A stretch of DNA of 64,000 nt from Alphaproteobacteria bacterium. GTDB lineage: Bacteria; Pseudomonadota; Alphaproteobacteria; Rs-D84. Positions 1 through 9,765 of this stretch are shown piece by piece; position 1 is the stretch's first letter, and each line of letters opens with the position of its first letter. Made by a program: the position numbers and the translations under genes. The stretch covers positions 1,370 through 65,369 of the forward strand of contig JAFXPG010000005.1 of NCBI GenBank assembly GCA_017528045.1, given 5' to 3'. The notes beneath the pieces were generated by a model, which worked only from the letters and a program-made list of their open reading frames with translations, did not search any database and was not told the DNA's origin.

Positions 1-50
1 CCATAATTTTTTGATAAATGTTCAACTTTTAATACAGATTTTTTTATCAT
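1..50 (-). CDS. lptB: 5' end of LPS export ABC transporter ATP-binding protein (runs off window)
   Basis: ATG at 50 overlaps the lptC TGA (ATGA). Reads MIKKSVLKVEHLSKNYG, a typical ABC ATPase N-terminus; position follows lptC. Confidence 0.6.
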   Translation of the reverse strand, partial: MIKKSVLKVEHLSKNY

Positions 51-526
51 AATCTTATCACCATTTCTTTTGTTCTTATTTTGTCACCGTTGCTGGAATC
101 AACTTTTACATTACCTTTTAAAAACAAGGTGCGTTCTTTGCGATTATATTTACCAGAAATAGCCTTTATATTATCTGTGATTTTTTCTGTTGCGGTATTA
201 CGAACGAATGTTCCAGATGGATTTTCCAGAAATATTATATCAGGTTTGTCATATTCTTGTCTTCCAATATCTGCTTTTATTGTAAAAGGGTTTTCTTCTT
301 TATCAATGCCATAAAAAACAGCGTTTGTCATTTTGAATTGGTTGTTAACAACGTCTTTTAAATTTATTGCCGATATCGGTGTCCATAAAATTTGTTTTGT
401 GAACAAAGAAGCAGCAACCAATACTGCAACCATAACCAATCCCCAACCGGTAAAGAAAAATTGCCATAAACGTGTTAATCTTTTATGTTTGGATATTATT
501 ATAAAATTACGATGATTGTATTTCAT
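47..526 (-). CDS. lptC: LPS export ABC transporter periplasmic protein LptC
   Basis: Single N-terminal TM, then G-x-D-x-x-x-x-PF-x-I-x-A and LFLKGNVKV jellyroll motifs. ATG 526 chosen from promoter position. Confidence 0.75.
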   Translation of the reverse strand: MKYNHRNFIIISKHKRLTRLWQFFFTGWGLVMVAVLVAASLFTKQILWTPISAINLKDVVNNQFKMTNAVFYGIDKEENPFTIKADIGRQEYDKPDIIFLENPSGTFVRNTATEKITDNIKAISGKYNRKERTLFLKGNVKVDSSNGDKIRTKEMVIRL

Positions 527-533
527 GATGCTA

Positions 534-562
534 AGTTTAATATTTTGTAAATAAAAATGCAA
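534..562 (-). promoter_or_regulatory. sigma70 promoter of lptC (probably leaderless mRNA)
   Basis: TTGCAT-17 bp-TAAACT on the minus strand; ATG 7 nt after the -10. Confidence 0.5.
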
Positions 563-613
563 TTTTTATATTTATATAATATTTTTTTTGTGATATAATG
601 ACACAAAGAGAGA

Positions 614-1405
614 ATGAAAAAAATATTCGCTTTTTTTATAATATGTACTTTTTCTGCGATAAATTTGTCGTGGGGTGCTGTTAGTGTAAAAAAAGCATCT
701 CCAATCCAAGTAAAAAAAGAATCTGTTATGGATTCTACAACAAGTTTTTTACCAGCTGTTATAGGATTGGTTGAAAATGTTAAAAATTTGAAAACTCAAC
801 AACAACAAGTAACAGCAGAATGTGAACCAAGCGGTGATGAAATAGAAACAGTTAATGATTTAGTTCGTGAATGGGCGAAAATAGGTGATACTGATAGTGA
901 TAAAATAACAAGTGGACTTACTTTGTGTTATGGCACCACATATGAAAGTTATATGAATGATTTTGCCGAAGGTTATAACGATACTTGTTATGAAGTGTTA
1001 CCAGATTGTAAAGATTGTATTTGGAAAGGTTATCCAAAAGCTTCTTCTGCTAGAAGTAGGGATTGTTCAAATCCAAACAGTATAAATTGCAAAAAATATT
1101 CAAATATATATGAAGTGTTTGCGAAAATACCTTTTTCTGAAGAAGATTATACTGAACGCGAAGCTAAAAAAATTGCTAAATTGAAAGAAAAATATGAAAG
1201 ATGTGCACCAGCTAAGGTCAAAGCTGCACAGCGTGAATTATACGGTAATTTCTTGAATCAAACATTAAGTGGTGTTGGAAAAACGACTGGTGCAGCAGGA
1301 ACAGAAGATGTTATAAAAGCGGTTTCTGGATTAGGTGGATCTGGCAGTCTTGGTTCTTTGTTGCCTTCTTTAAGTGGTGTTGCAACACAAATGTTGGATA
1401 AATAA
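614..1405 (+). CDS. secreted Cys-rich hypothetical protein
   Basis: 263-aa ORF with signal peptide, several Cys and a Gly/Ser-rich C-terminus. Confidence 0.8.
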   Translation: MKKIFAFFIICTFSAINLSWGAVSVKKASPIQVKKESVMDSTTSFLPAVIGLVENVKNLKTQQQQVTAECEPSGDEIETVNDLVREWAKIGDTDSDKITSGLTLCYGTTYESYMNDFAEGYNDTCYEVLPDCKDCIWKGYPKASSARSRDCSNPNSINCKKYSNIYEVFAKIPFSEEDYTEREAKKIAKLKEKYERCAPAKVKAAQRELYGNFLNQTLSGVGKTTGAAGTEDVIKAVSGLGGSGSLGSLLPSLSGVATQMLDK

Positions 1406-1486
1406 ACAAATCTGTGTTTTTTATGCTTTACTAGATTTTCAAAAACATATATAATTAGTGTATTAATAAACAAGGAAGGGCTTATT

Positions 1487-2872
1487 ATGACTAAAAAATG
1501 TTCTGTTTTTTCTTTAATTGGATGTATTGCATTGGTTGGGTGCGCAGGTACAAATAATTATGATGATGGTATGGAATATAACACACCAACTGTTGATTAT
1601 ATAGAACGTTTGGATGTTAATGATGCTCCTCATAAAGATTCTTTCTTGAATCAATTGGCTTTGAATTATCGTTCTTATGCTATTTATAATGCAAAGACCA
1701 GTGGGTATCCAGATATTGGTGAATTGTTTGCTCAAAAAGCGGTAAGTGCTTTTTCTGGAGAAACTCCTTTCCCTGAAAATTTAGATTCTTGGCAAATTGA
1801 AGATGATGCAGAAAGATATAAAATTTATACAGCTTATAATGATTTAATGGGTGAATTAAAAGATGATGCTGCGTATGAAAATCCTCAATTAGCAGCTGAA
1901 GCACAAGCTAAATTTGATTGTTGGATTTCTGCTGCTGCCAGTGGTCAAAATGCTACAGCACAAGAATGTAAATATCGTTTTAACAGTGCGTTAAAAACTT
2001 TATCTGATTGTTCAAATGGCAAAATCGTTGCACCTACGCATGTTAAATCGGAAAATGTTGCACCTGTTGAAAAAACAGAACAATATTATCCTGAAACACA
2101 TCGTTTAAATGCTATGTCTGGATCAACCAGAACACGTGAAGGTGTGATAATTGTTAATAATGTAAATGTACCTGCTAATTTAATAAATCCTGTTCCTGTA
2201 CCACAACAACCAATGGTGTTTAACCAAAATATTTATGGTGGAACAGAAAATATAGAAGGTGATGAAGTAGCGGAAGAAGTAAAAGATGATTATGTAACCA
2301 GGGAAGAATTTATTAATATGATGATGACAATGCGTTCTGAATTAGCTGCTATTAATAAACGTTTGGATGATTTAAGTGGACAACCTGCTAAATCTGATAC
2401 AACTGTTATAAAAGTTCAACAAATCCCACTAGAACCAAAACAACATATTATGGAAGAAATATTTGAAATCAGATTTGATTTTGATAAATCAAATATAAAA
2501 CCAGAATATGAAGAATTAATCAGAAAATTAGCAGCAACAACACAAGCTAATAAGAATGTAAAAGTATCTGTTGTTGGTCACACTGATACCAGTGGTTCAA
2601 GCAATTATAATTATGCTTTGGGTGGACGCAGAGCAGAAGCTGTTCAAAAAATGTTAATAGAATATGGCATCCCTTCTTCTCAGATAGTTGCTGTTTCTGC
2701 AGGTGAAGAAGATTTAAAAGTTCAAACACCAAATAATACACCAAATGCTGAAAATCGTCGTGTGCGTGTTGTAAAAGAAGTTCATTACACAGAACAACCT
2801 AAACCTGCACCAATAGTTGTTGAAGAATATTCTGAAACAGATGAATGTTCTGATTGTGAAGAAGAAATATAA
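1487..2872 (+). CDS. OmpA-family peptidoglycan-binding lipoprotein
   Basis: Lipobox LVGC; alphaproteobacterial AQAKFDCW motif; OmpA_C motifs FDFDKS, VVGHTD, RRAEAV, NRRV. Confidence 0.9.
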   Translation: MTKKCSVFSLIGCIALVGCAGTNNYDDGMEYNTPTVDYIERLDVNDAPHKDSFLNQLALNYRSYAIYNAKTSGYPDIGELFAQKAVSAFSGETPFPENLDSWQIEDDAERYKIYTAYNDLMGELKDDAAYENPQLAAEAQAKFDCWISAAASGQNATAQECKYRFNSALKTLSDCSNGKIVAPTHVKSENVAPVEKTEQYYPETHRLNAMSGSTRTREGVIIVNNVNVPANLINPVPVPQQPMVFNQNIYGGTENIEGDEVAEEVKDDYVTREEFINMMMTMRSELAAINKRLDDLSGQPAKSDTTVIKVQQIPLEPKQHIMEEIFEIRFDFDKSNIKPEYEELIRKLAATTQANKNVKVSVVGHTDTSGSSNYNYALGGRRAEAVQKMLIEYGIPSSQIVAVSAGEEDLKVQTPNNTPNAENRRVRVVKEVHYTEQPKPAPIVVEEYSETDECSDCEEEI

Positions 2873-2887
2873 TTAATAAAAATAGGC

Positions 2888-2916
2888 TTGACAAAAAAAT
2901 AAATTTGTTATATTAT
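2888..2916 (+). promoter_or_regulatory. near-consensus sigma70 promoter
   Basis: TTGACA(2888-93)-17 bp-TATTAT(2911-16). Confidence 0.7.
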
Positions 2917-2954
2917 TGTCAATAACAGAGAGATGGTATTGAAAAGGTGATAGT

Positions 2955-3146
2955 ATGAATACAACATTAAATTCTTTTCAAGAAGGCAAGAAAAAACTAG
3001 AAGCATCTTCTGCAAATAGTAAGGCTGCCAGATTAAATAGTGTTGCCAAAGAATTGGGCGAAAGGGTTGATATGGCTGCTAAATGGAAAGCACGTAACTT
3101 GAATCTTTCTGTACTTATGGAAAACAGTACTGAAAAGGCGGCTTAA
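2955..3146 (+). CDS. small hypothetical protein (63 aa)
   Basis: Own promoter, SD AAAGGTG and terminator at 3159-3182. Confidence 0.7.
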   Translation: MNTTLNSFQEGKKKLEASSANSKAARLNSVAKELGERVDMAAKWKARNLNLSVLMENSTEKAA

Positions 3147-3158
3147 CAACAAAAATTT

Positions 3159-3182
3159 AAGTGGTCTTTTGACCACTTTTTT
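3159..3182 (+). terminator. intrinsic terminator
   Basis: AAGTGGTC-TTTT-GACCACTT followed by a T tract. Confidence 0.75.
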
Positions 3183-3273
3183 GTTAAAACTTGACTTTTT
3201 TTTATATCTCTAATACAATTACAAATGACAAAGCAACAGAATTCTCTGATTGCATTTTCCAAAAGGTTTTTTT

Positions 3274-4542
3274 ATGCATGTAAATGAATTAAAGACAAAG
3301 TCACCTCAACAATTGTTGAAGATGGCAGAAGATATGGGGATTGAAAATCCTTCCCAATTAAATGTTCAACAATTACGTTTTGCAGTTATGCGTGTTTATG
3401 CTGCAGATGAAAAAATAGTGTTGATTGGTGATGGTGTTTTAGAACGTATGCCAGATGGTTTTGGTTTCTTGCGTGCACCAGAAAGTAATTATTTAGCAGG
3501 TCCAGATGATTTGTATGTTTCACCAAATTTAATTAAAAAATATGGTTTGAAAACAGGTGATTATATTGAAGGACAAATTCAGGCGCCCCAAAATGAATCT
3601 GAACGTTATTTTGCTTTAGAAACAATAGAACGTGTTAATGGTGATGATCCTGAAAAATTACGTCATCGTATATCTTTTGATGATATGACACCTTTGTATC
3701 CAGATGAACAATTAAAAATGGAAGTTGCTGATGACACAGATAAAGGTCGTAATTTATCTGCACGTGTGATTGATTTGATTTCTCCGACTGGTAAAGGTCA
3801 ACGTTCTTTGATAGTTGCACCTCCAAGAACTGGTAAAACAGTCATGTTGCAAAATATAGCACATTCGATTGCAACAAATTATCCTGATGTAAAATTGATA
3901 GTATTATTAATCGATGAACGACCAGAAGAAGTTACAGATATGCAACGCAGTGTTCGTGGTGAGGTTATTTCTTCAACATTTGATGAACCTGCAACGCGTC
4001 ATATTCAAGTTGCTGAAATGGTTATAGAAAAAGCAAAACGTTTGGTTGAAGCAGGACAAGATGTTGTTATTTTATTAGATTCTATTACCAGATTAGGTCG
4101 TGCTTATAATACTGTCGTTCCATCAAGTGGTAAAGTATTAACAGGTGGTGTGGATGCGTATGCATTACAAAGACCAAAGCGTTTCTTTGGTGCTGCACGT
4201 AATATTGAAGGTGGCGGTTCTTTGACAATTATTGCAACGGCTTTAATTGATACAGGCTCTAAAATGGATGAGGTTGTTTTTGAAGAATTCAAAGGAACAG
4301 GTAACAGTGAAATTATCTTGGATAGAAAATTGTCAGATAAACGCGTCTATCCTGCAATAGATATTAACAAATCTGGAACAAGAAAAGAAGATTTGTTGGT
4401 GTCAAAAGATACTTTATCTAAAATGTATGTTTTGCGTAGAATTATAAATCCGATGGGAACATTAGAAGCAATGGAATTCTTGTTAGATAAATTGCGTTTA
4501 ACAAAAACTAATGATGATTTCTTTTCTTCGATGAATCAATAA
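3274..4542 (+). CDS. rho: transcription termination factor Rho
   Basis: [24 protein letters not shown] and FEEFKGTGN motifs. Confidence 0.98.
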   Translation: MHVNELKTKSPQQLLKMAEDMGIENPSQLNVQQLRFAVMRVYAADEKIVLIGDGVLERMPDGFGFLRAPESNYLAGPDDLYVSPNLIKKYGLKTGDYIEGQIQAPQNESERYFALETIERVNGDDPEKLRHRISFDDMTPLYPDEQLKMEVADDTDKGRNLSARVIDLISPTGKGQRSLIVAPPRTGKTVMLQNIAHSIATNYPDVKLIVLLIDERPEEVTDMQRSVRGEVISSTFDEPATRHIQVAEMVIEKAKRLVEAGQDVVILLDSITRLGRAYNTVVPSSGKVLTGGVDAYALQRPKRFFGAARNIEGGGSLTIIATALIDTGSKMDEVVFEEFKGTGNSEIILDRKLSDKRVYPAIDINKSGTRKEDLLVSKDTLSKMYVLRRIINPMGTLEAMEFLLDKLRLTKTNDDFFSSMNQ

Positions 4543-4544
4543 AT

Positions 4545-4569
4545 AAAACCGCCAATTTGGCGTTTTTTT
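4545..4569 (+). terminator. intrinsic terminator after rho
   Basis: CGCCA-ATT-TGGCG followed by a T tract. Confidence 0.65.
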
Positions 4570-4587
4570 AATAAAAAGGTTTTTATT

Positions 4588-4815
4588 GTGAATAAAATAT
4601 ATATCTTTTGTTTGATTGGTGCTTTATGCACCATTTTTTATTTTTATGGGTTAAATGTTGGTAATTCAAAATGTGAAATAAAAAATTTTAAACAACAAAT
4701 ATTTGTAACAGAACAAACCAAAAAACAAGAAAGGATTTTAAATGATAAAGTTTATAAAACCAGTACTGATGATATTCGTCGCATCCTGCACGATGAATAC
4801 ACAATCACAGAATAG
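4588..4815 (+). CDS. Rz-like inner-membrane spanin candidate
   Basis: N-terminal TM, helical periplasmic segment, C-terminal STDDIRRILHDEY; overlapped by a lipoprotein gene. Confidence 0.6.
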   Translation: MNKIYIFCLIGALCTIFYFYGLNVGNSKCEIKNFKQQIFVTEQTKKQERILNDKVYKTSTDDIRRILHDEYTITE

Positions 4816-4924
4816 TGTGCTTTGTGATTGTGATATAATATATGGTCACGAATCAGATTGGGTACAAATAAGTGATGATTTAGCACGTAATATTTATAAG
4901 CATAATTTAAAATGCAAACAATAA
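4742..4924 (+). CDS. Rz1-like outer-membrane lipoprotein spanin candidate
   Basis: Lipobox FVAS-C16; C..IY...D..ISDDLARNIYKHN..C pattern; starts inside the upstream gene in the +1 frame. Confidence 0.6.
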   Translation: MIKFIKPVLMIFVASCTMNTQSQNSVLCDCDIIYGHESDWVQISDDLARNIYKHNLKCKQ

Positions 4925-4926
4925 TA

Positions 4927-4954
4927 TTGACATATGTTATTGTTTGTCTATAAT
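4927..4954 (+). promoter_or_regulatory. sigma70 promoter, probable leaderless start at ATG 4962
   Basis: TTGACA-16 bp-TATAAT, with ATG 7 nt downstream. Confidence 0.6.
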
Positions 4955-4961
4955 GACAAAC

Positions 4962-5969
4962 ATGTCAGATAAAATAATATATCATTTTGAAAATATTTAT
5001 AAACCTGTAAAACACAGTTCTTTGACTAAGTTTATAAAAAAGCGTGGTTTTGTTAAACATGCTGGAACCATAAAATGCATATTTAAACAATGTGATGATG
5101 TAAATGATCATATTGGATCTTTGCCTCCAGAATTATTAAATTTGGTTCGTGATGATAAAAACATATCCTTAATTACATTAACTTTTTATGAAATATTGGA
5201 TGATTTTATACTGAATAATAATTGGGGGTTACGCAGAAGAAAACAACAGTTTTATAATATTCCTGAATTAGAAAATTTATTTAGTACTGATTGTTTTTTG
5301 CAGACATATGAAGAATGTGATGGTGAAAAAATAGAATGGTCTGGTGTTTTTTCTGATGTTTATAAACTATGTTTCCCGACAATAAAAGTAAATTATGCTT
5401 TAAAATTATTTAAAAAATGTGTTTTTGCTTTAGATTCTTTATATGGACATGGTCCAATATATGAAATAACAACTAATTTTTGTGCATGTAAATCAGAACC
5501 AAAATTGAATAATACTGTTTATATGGCCAGATTAAGAAAAAATGAATATGTTGTAAGTAAATGGTTGGATAAAAAATCAGATTGTATAATTCCAGAAGAT
5601 GGTCCGTTTGCAATATATTTAACTTCTGATAGAGAAAAAAGACAATCTAATTATATAAATTCTTTGCGTATAGATTTTGGTGAAACAAGAAAAAGTGATT
5701 ATGGAAATTTATCGTATAATGCCAGAAAGATATACAGACAATTATTTTATAAAGATTATAATGCTGTAATATACGCTTTCTTTACATTAAAAGATAATTT
5801 TCAAAAAAGAGATTTTCAACAAGCTTTAGAATTATACATTGAACAATGTATATATGGTAAAAAAACAAAATTATCTGACGAACAAAAATATGAAATACGG
5901 AAGATGATTACTGATAAAAACAGTTTAGTTTTACATGAAATTTTAAGTCAAAATTTAAATACCAGATAA
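4962..5969 (+). CDS. hypothetical protein, kinase-like fold (paralog A)
   Basis: WSGVFSDVYKL, YALKLF, SNY...RIDFG; clear paralog of the next gene. Confidence 0.65.
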   Translation: MSDKIIYHFENIYKPVKHSSLTKFIKKRGFVKHAGTIKCIFKQCDDVNDHIGSLPPELLNLVRDDKNISLITLTFYEILDDFILNNNWGLRRRKQQFYNIPELENLFSTDCFLQTYEECDGEKIEWSGVFSDVYKLCFPTIKVNYALKLFKKCVFALDSLYGHGPIYEITTNFCACKSEPKLNNTVYMARLRKNEYVVSKWLDKKSDCIIPEDGPFAIYLTSDREKRQSNYINSLRIDFGETRKSDYGNLSYNARKIYRQLFYKDYNAVIYAFFTLKDNFQKRDFQQALELYIEQCIYGKKTKLSDEQKYEIRKMITDKNSLVLHEILSQNLNTR

Positions 5970-5972
5970 TAT

Positions 5973-6890
5973 ATGAAAAATACACAACAATCTTTATCAG
6001 ATATAATACATGTGAAAACAAAACATTCTTCTTTTAAGAAGTTTTTGCTTAAGCATGATTTAAGACATGCTTATAATATAGAACAAATTATTACAGATTG
6101 TGATGTAAAACCAATTGTTGGATGTTTACCAATTCAATTGCGTGCTTTGATTGAAAAAAAAGATTTATCTGATGTTACGTTAAGATTTTTTGATATTTTA
6201 AGTTTTTTTATTGCTAATAATTATGATGAATTATTATTCAAGACAAAAAAAGAATATGAATTAAAAAATTTGTCAGATTTATTTAAAACAAAATGTATAT
6301 TGTTTACAAGTGAACTTGTCAGAACTGATATAATAAATGGTGAAAAAATAGATTTTTACAAAGAATGGGCTGGGGCGGTAAGTGATGTTTATAAATTGTC
6401 TTTCCCAGAAATAGGTATTGATTATGCATTAAAGATATTTAAGAAAAACATTATTCCAACCGTTGGCATGGGACCTTTTTATGAAATTCCGACTGCATTT
6501 AAAGCAAATAAATGTGAACCAAAATTGAATAACCCCATATATATGGCAAATTTATCAGAATATCAATGGACTCTGAATAAATGGGTTAATCATACTGATA
6601 ATGAAAAAGTTCCTGATGAAAGAGAGCATGCTATATATATAACATCAGAAGAAGAAAATAAACCAAGAAATTATTGTAATGGGAAACGTATAGATTTTGG
6701 AAAAACACGAAAAACCGTTTATGGTGGTTGTTCATATCCTGTTCGTAAATTATATCGACAAATGCAAAATATGACATATGAACAATTGCAAACACTGGAA
6801 TCAAAAAAGAAAAACAATTTTGATTTAGAAAATTATAGACGTGCACAAGATACAATATATATTGAATATATCAGTGAAAAGTATCGCTAA
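5973..6890 (+). CDS. hypothetical protein, kinase-like fold (paralog B)
   Basis: WAGAVSDVYKL, YALKIF, NKPRNY...RIDFG. Confidence 0.65.
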   Translation: MKNTQQSLSDIIHVKTKHSSFKKFLLKHDLRHAYNIEQIITDCDVKPIVGCLPIQLRALIEKKDLSDVTLRFFDILSFFIANNYDELLFKTKKEYELKNLSDLFKTKCILFTSELVRTDIINGEKIDFYKEWAGAVSDVYKLSFPEIGIDYALKIFKKNIIPTVGMGPFYEIPTAFKANKCEPKLNNPIYMANLSEYQWTLNKWVNHTDNEKVPDEREHAIYITSEEENKPRNYCNGKRIDFGKTRKTVYGGCSYPVRKLYRQMQNMTYEQLQTLESKKKNNFDLENYRRAQDTIYIEYISEKYR

Positions 6891-7713
6891 CTATTTTTAT
6901 TAAATCATATGCATTTTTTTCACATGTTTTATCATCAGAAGGTGCATATTCAACAAATTCAAAATTAATCGCATCTTTGAATTCATTAACAAAAGCTTTT
7001 GCACAATCTAAAGATAAACCGTTTGGTTCTGGAACCCAAACATCTTTAAAGTCTTTTGGATCAATTCCATCAAAATCAAAAGATACAACAAATTTTTTAT
7101 TTCCAATACGTTCACGTATTTCTTTGAACACATTATTCCAATCAGATTCTGTTTGTAATTGTGATGGTATTTTATGAAAAATATTGTTTTCTTTTACATA
7201 TTTTATTTCAGCAGGTTCAAAAGAACGTGATCCCAAATAAAATAAATTTTCTGGTTTTAAACAAGGTTTCTTTTTACATAAAGATAACCAGCGTTCATCA
7301 CCTTCACCTAGTAAATGTCTGACGTTTGTTCCATGTGGTGAACCTGTTGCTTCACGTTTTGAAGATTCTGGCGAATGTATATCAAAATGTGCATCAAAAT
7401 AAACCAAACATATATCTTCGTTAGGATACTTATCAGAAATTGCTGCAAAATGTGAAAAATTTACGGAATGATCACCGCCGATAAAAATGTGTCTTTCTGT
7501 AGGTGTATTTGGATATATTTGTTTGTGAACATTAAAAGCATCGCCGAATCTGTCTTTCATACAATCTTCCGCACTGACAGAATCTGCTGTTAAAATTTTC
7601 CAATCAGCATTTGGAAACATTTTTTGTACTTTTTTAGGGGCAAAAGCAGGACCGCCATCAATAACTTTGGCAGTAGCCCCACGACTGTATTCTATACCCA
7701 TAAATTTAATCAT
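6871..7713 (-). CDS. arginase / ureohydrolase family protein
   Basis: GGDHS, DAHFD, SPHGT and SFDFDG metal-binding motifs. Confidence 0.92.
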   Translation of the reverse strand: MIKFMGIEYSRGATAKVIDGGPAFAPKKVQKMFPNADWKILTADSVSAEDCMKDRFGDAFNVHKQIYPNTPTERHIFIGGDHSVNFSHFAAISDKYPNEDICLVYFDAHFDIHSPESSKREATGSPHGTNVRHLLGEGDERWLSLCKKKPCLKPENLFYLGSRSFEPAEIKYVKENNIFHKIPSQLQTESDWNNVFKEIRERIGNKKFVVSFDFDGIDPKDFKDVWVPEPNGLSLDCAKAFVNEFKDAINFEFVEYAPSDDKTCEKNAYDLIKIVSDTFH

Positions 7714-8653
7714 CGTAATTCTCTATAACACTTTCTGCTGCAGATTGAATTCTTTGCAGACTTTTTTCATATACTTCACAATCACGTGCTATTTCAGATT
7801 TATAAGCATCACGCATATTAGAAGCCATTGAATAACATGCTTTTAAATGGTTAACACAATATTTATGTCCGGTTACAAAAGCATTTTGACCCCGAACACG
7901 ACTTTCTGTGGTTGACCAATCTATGTTTAAAGCATTGTCAATATTAACCCAAGGATTATCACCAGTATAAGAACCGATTGTTTCATCCCAATATTCTTTG
8001 ATTTCTTCATCGGTTGCATCAACGTTGTATTTCAGTTTGATAATTTGTTGCATCAAATTATCAATTTTATTTTGATATTTGGAATCTATTTGTGCCAATT
8101 TAGCACTGCAATAACAACGATTATAAGGCGCATCTTCGCGTTCACAAAATGATTCCATACATTCTTTATAATCAGAAAAACAGCGTTGTGATGATATTGC
8201 GGTTTTTGAAGAAGAAGTTTTGTTTGTATCAGAAGATGTATATCTTGATCCCGTTTTTGTTACACCACGTGCAACAACATTTGAAGCAGAAGATTTTCTG
8301 CCGATGTTACGTGCGCCACTTACGCCACTGCGTGCAATGTTTGAACGTGGAACAACTGTGCGATTAGTGTTCATATTTGCGGCATTCGTTGCAGAACGAG
8401 CCTTGGTATTTCTTTTAATAACACGACGTTTACCAAAACTGGATGTAGAAGAATTGTTACTGGTTTTCATCTGGTTTTGAAAATTTATACCAGTAGTCAT
8501 ATTTGTTGTATCTTGTCTTGTGTTGTTTAATGTATAAGGGTACACATTTTCATACAAAGATTTATTTATAAAACGGTTTGGAACTTTGCTGGCTGCAATT
8601 GCAGAACCGGCAAACAAAACGGTTAATAAAAAAACAAAAAATTTCCTTCTCAT
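7706..8653 (-). CDS. secreted Cys-rich hypothetical protein
   Basis: Signal peptide, R/S/A-rich low-complexity region, then C..DYKECM..FC...RCYCS domain. Confidence 0.8.
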   Translation of the reverse strand: MRRKFFVFLLTVLFAGSAIAASKVPNRFINKSLYENVYPYTLNNTRQDTTNMTTGINFQNQMKTSNNSSTSSFGKRRVIKRNTKARSATNAANMNTNRTVVPRSNIARSGVSGARNIGRKSSASNVVARGVTKTGSRYTSSDTNKTSSSKTAISSQRCFSDYKECMESFCEREDAPYNRCYCSAKLAQIDSKYQNKIDNLMQQIIKLKYNVDATDEEIKEYWDETIGSYTGDNPWVNIDNALNIDWSTTESRVRGQNAFVTGHKYCVNHLKACYSMASNMRDAYKSEIARDCEVYEKSLQRIQSAAESVIENYDD

Positions 8654-8697
8654 GATTGAACATTGTAGAAGTTTTATAAAAAATAAACAAGCATAAA

Positions 8698-8901
8698 TTA
8701 TTGTCTTTGATTTTCAATAGATTTTTTATAATAAAACACAGAATCTGTTTTTATTGAATCGTTAACACTTTTATTTACAACGGTGTATTTTGTATCTTTC
8801 TTAAAACTACGAAAAGCGGAAATAAAAGGCAAAGATAAACAACCAAACAATAAGGTTGTCAAAATATATGTTTGAATATCTTCTTTATTTATTTTGGACA
8901 T
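8698..8901 (-). CDS. small membrane hypothetical protein
   Basis: 67 aa with one TM; begins 3 bp after the deaminase stop. Confidence 0.55.
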   Translation of the reverse strand: MSKINKEDIQTYILTTLLFGCLSLPFISAFRSFKKDTKYTVVNKSVNDSIKTDSVFYYKKSIENQRQ

Positions 8902-8904
8902 TGT

Positions 8905-9660
8905 TTAAAAACCTTGTTGTTTTTGATTGTCTTCTAATTTTTTCTTTATTAAAGGTTGTATTTGTTCTATTAATTGCAAAGACACAGATAAAATATCATT
9001 TTCTGTTTGAAGATCGTTGTTTTTATCTTCTAATTGTTTCATTTTTTTTGTCAATAAAGCAAATAAGTTTCGCATAAGTTTTATAATATCGCTGTTTATC
9101 AGGAAATGATTTTCTCTTATTAACTGTAAAACGATGATAGAAAACATTTTTTGTTTGAATAATTTTGAAAAATCTTTAAATACCTTATTGTGATCTAAAG
9201 CAATATATTCAATGGAAGCTTCTTTGAACATTTCTTGAGTATAGGGCAGAGAATCACGCCAATTTCCATTTTTGCCTTTTCTGATTTTATCACCATAAGG
9301 TTCCAAATAATATACTCTTTTTATTCCTGAATTTATAATAGCTCTGGCACAATCTGCACAAGGAGGCATTGTTACATATAAAGTACAACCTTTTAAAGAT
9401 ACACCGCATAAGCTAGCATTGTATATGGCATTTCTTTCTGAATGTTCGTAAAATAAATATTTAAGTGGTCTTATATTACGTTCAGGAACGTCATCGTTAA
9501 CACCACGTGGCATACCATTATATCCTGTTGATCTGATTTCTTTATCTGGACCAACAACGATACATCCTACCTGAGTATTTGGATCTTTTGATAAATTGGC
9601 AATAAAAAGTGCAAATTCAATAAAATAATAATTCCATTTATCTGAAAAGACAGGTGTCAT
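8905..9660 (-). CDS. dCMP deaminase family protein with C-terminal coiled coil
   Basis: SKDP..QVGC, TGYNG, HSE.NAI and PPCADC zinc motifs. Confidence 0.9.
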   Translation of the reverse strand: MTPVFSDKWNYYFIEFALFIANLSKDPNTQVGCIVVGPDKEIRSTGYNGMPRGVNDDVPERNIRPLKYLFYEHSERNAIYNASLCGVSLKGCTLYVTMPPCADCARAIINSGIKRVYYLEPYGDKIRKGKNGNWRDSLPYTQEMFKEASIEYIALDHNKVFKDFSKLFKQKMFSIIVLQLIRENHFLINSDIIKLMRNLFALLTKKMKQLEDKNNDLQTENDILSVSLQLIEQIQPLIKKKLEDNQKQQGF

Positions 9661-9765
9661 ATTTGATCCTTATGTTTGTCCTCTCTCAGTTCAAATTGTA
9701 ATATAAATAGTTGACTTTGCAAGATTTTTGTTAACTTTTGAAAAAAGTATGATATTCTTTGTTGT

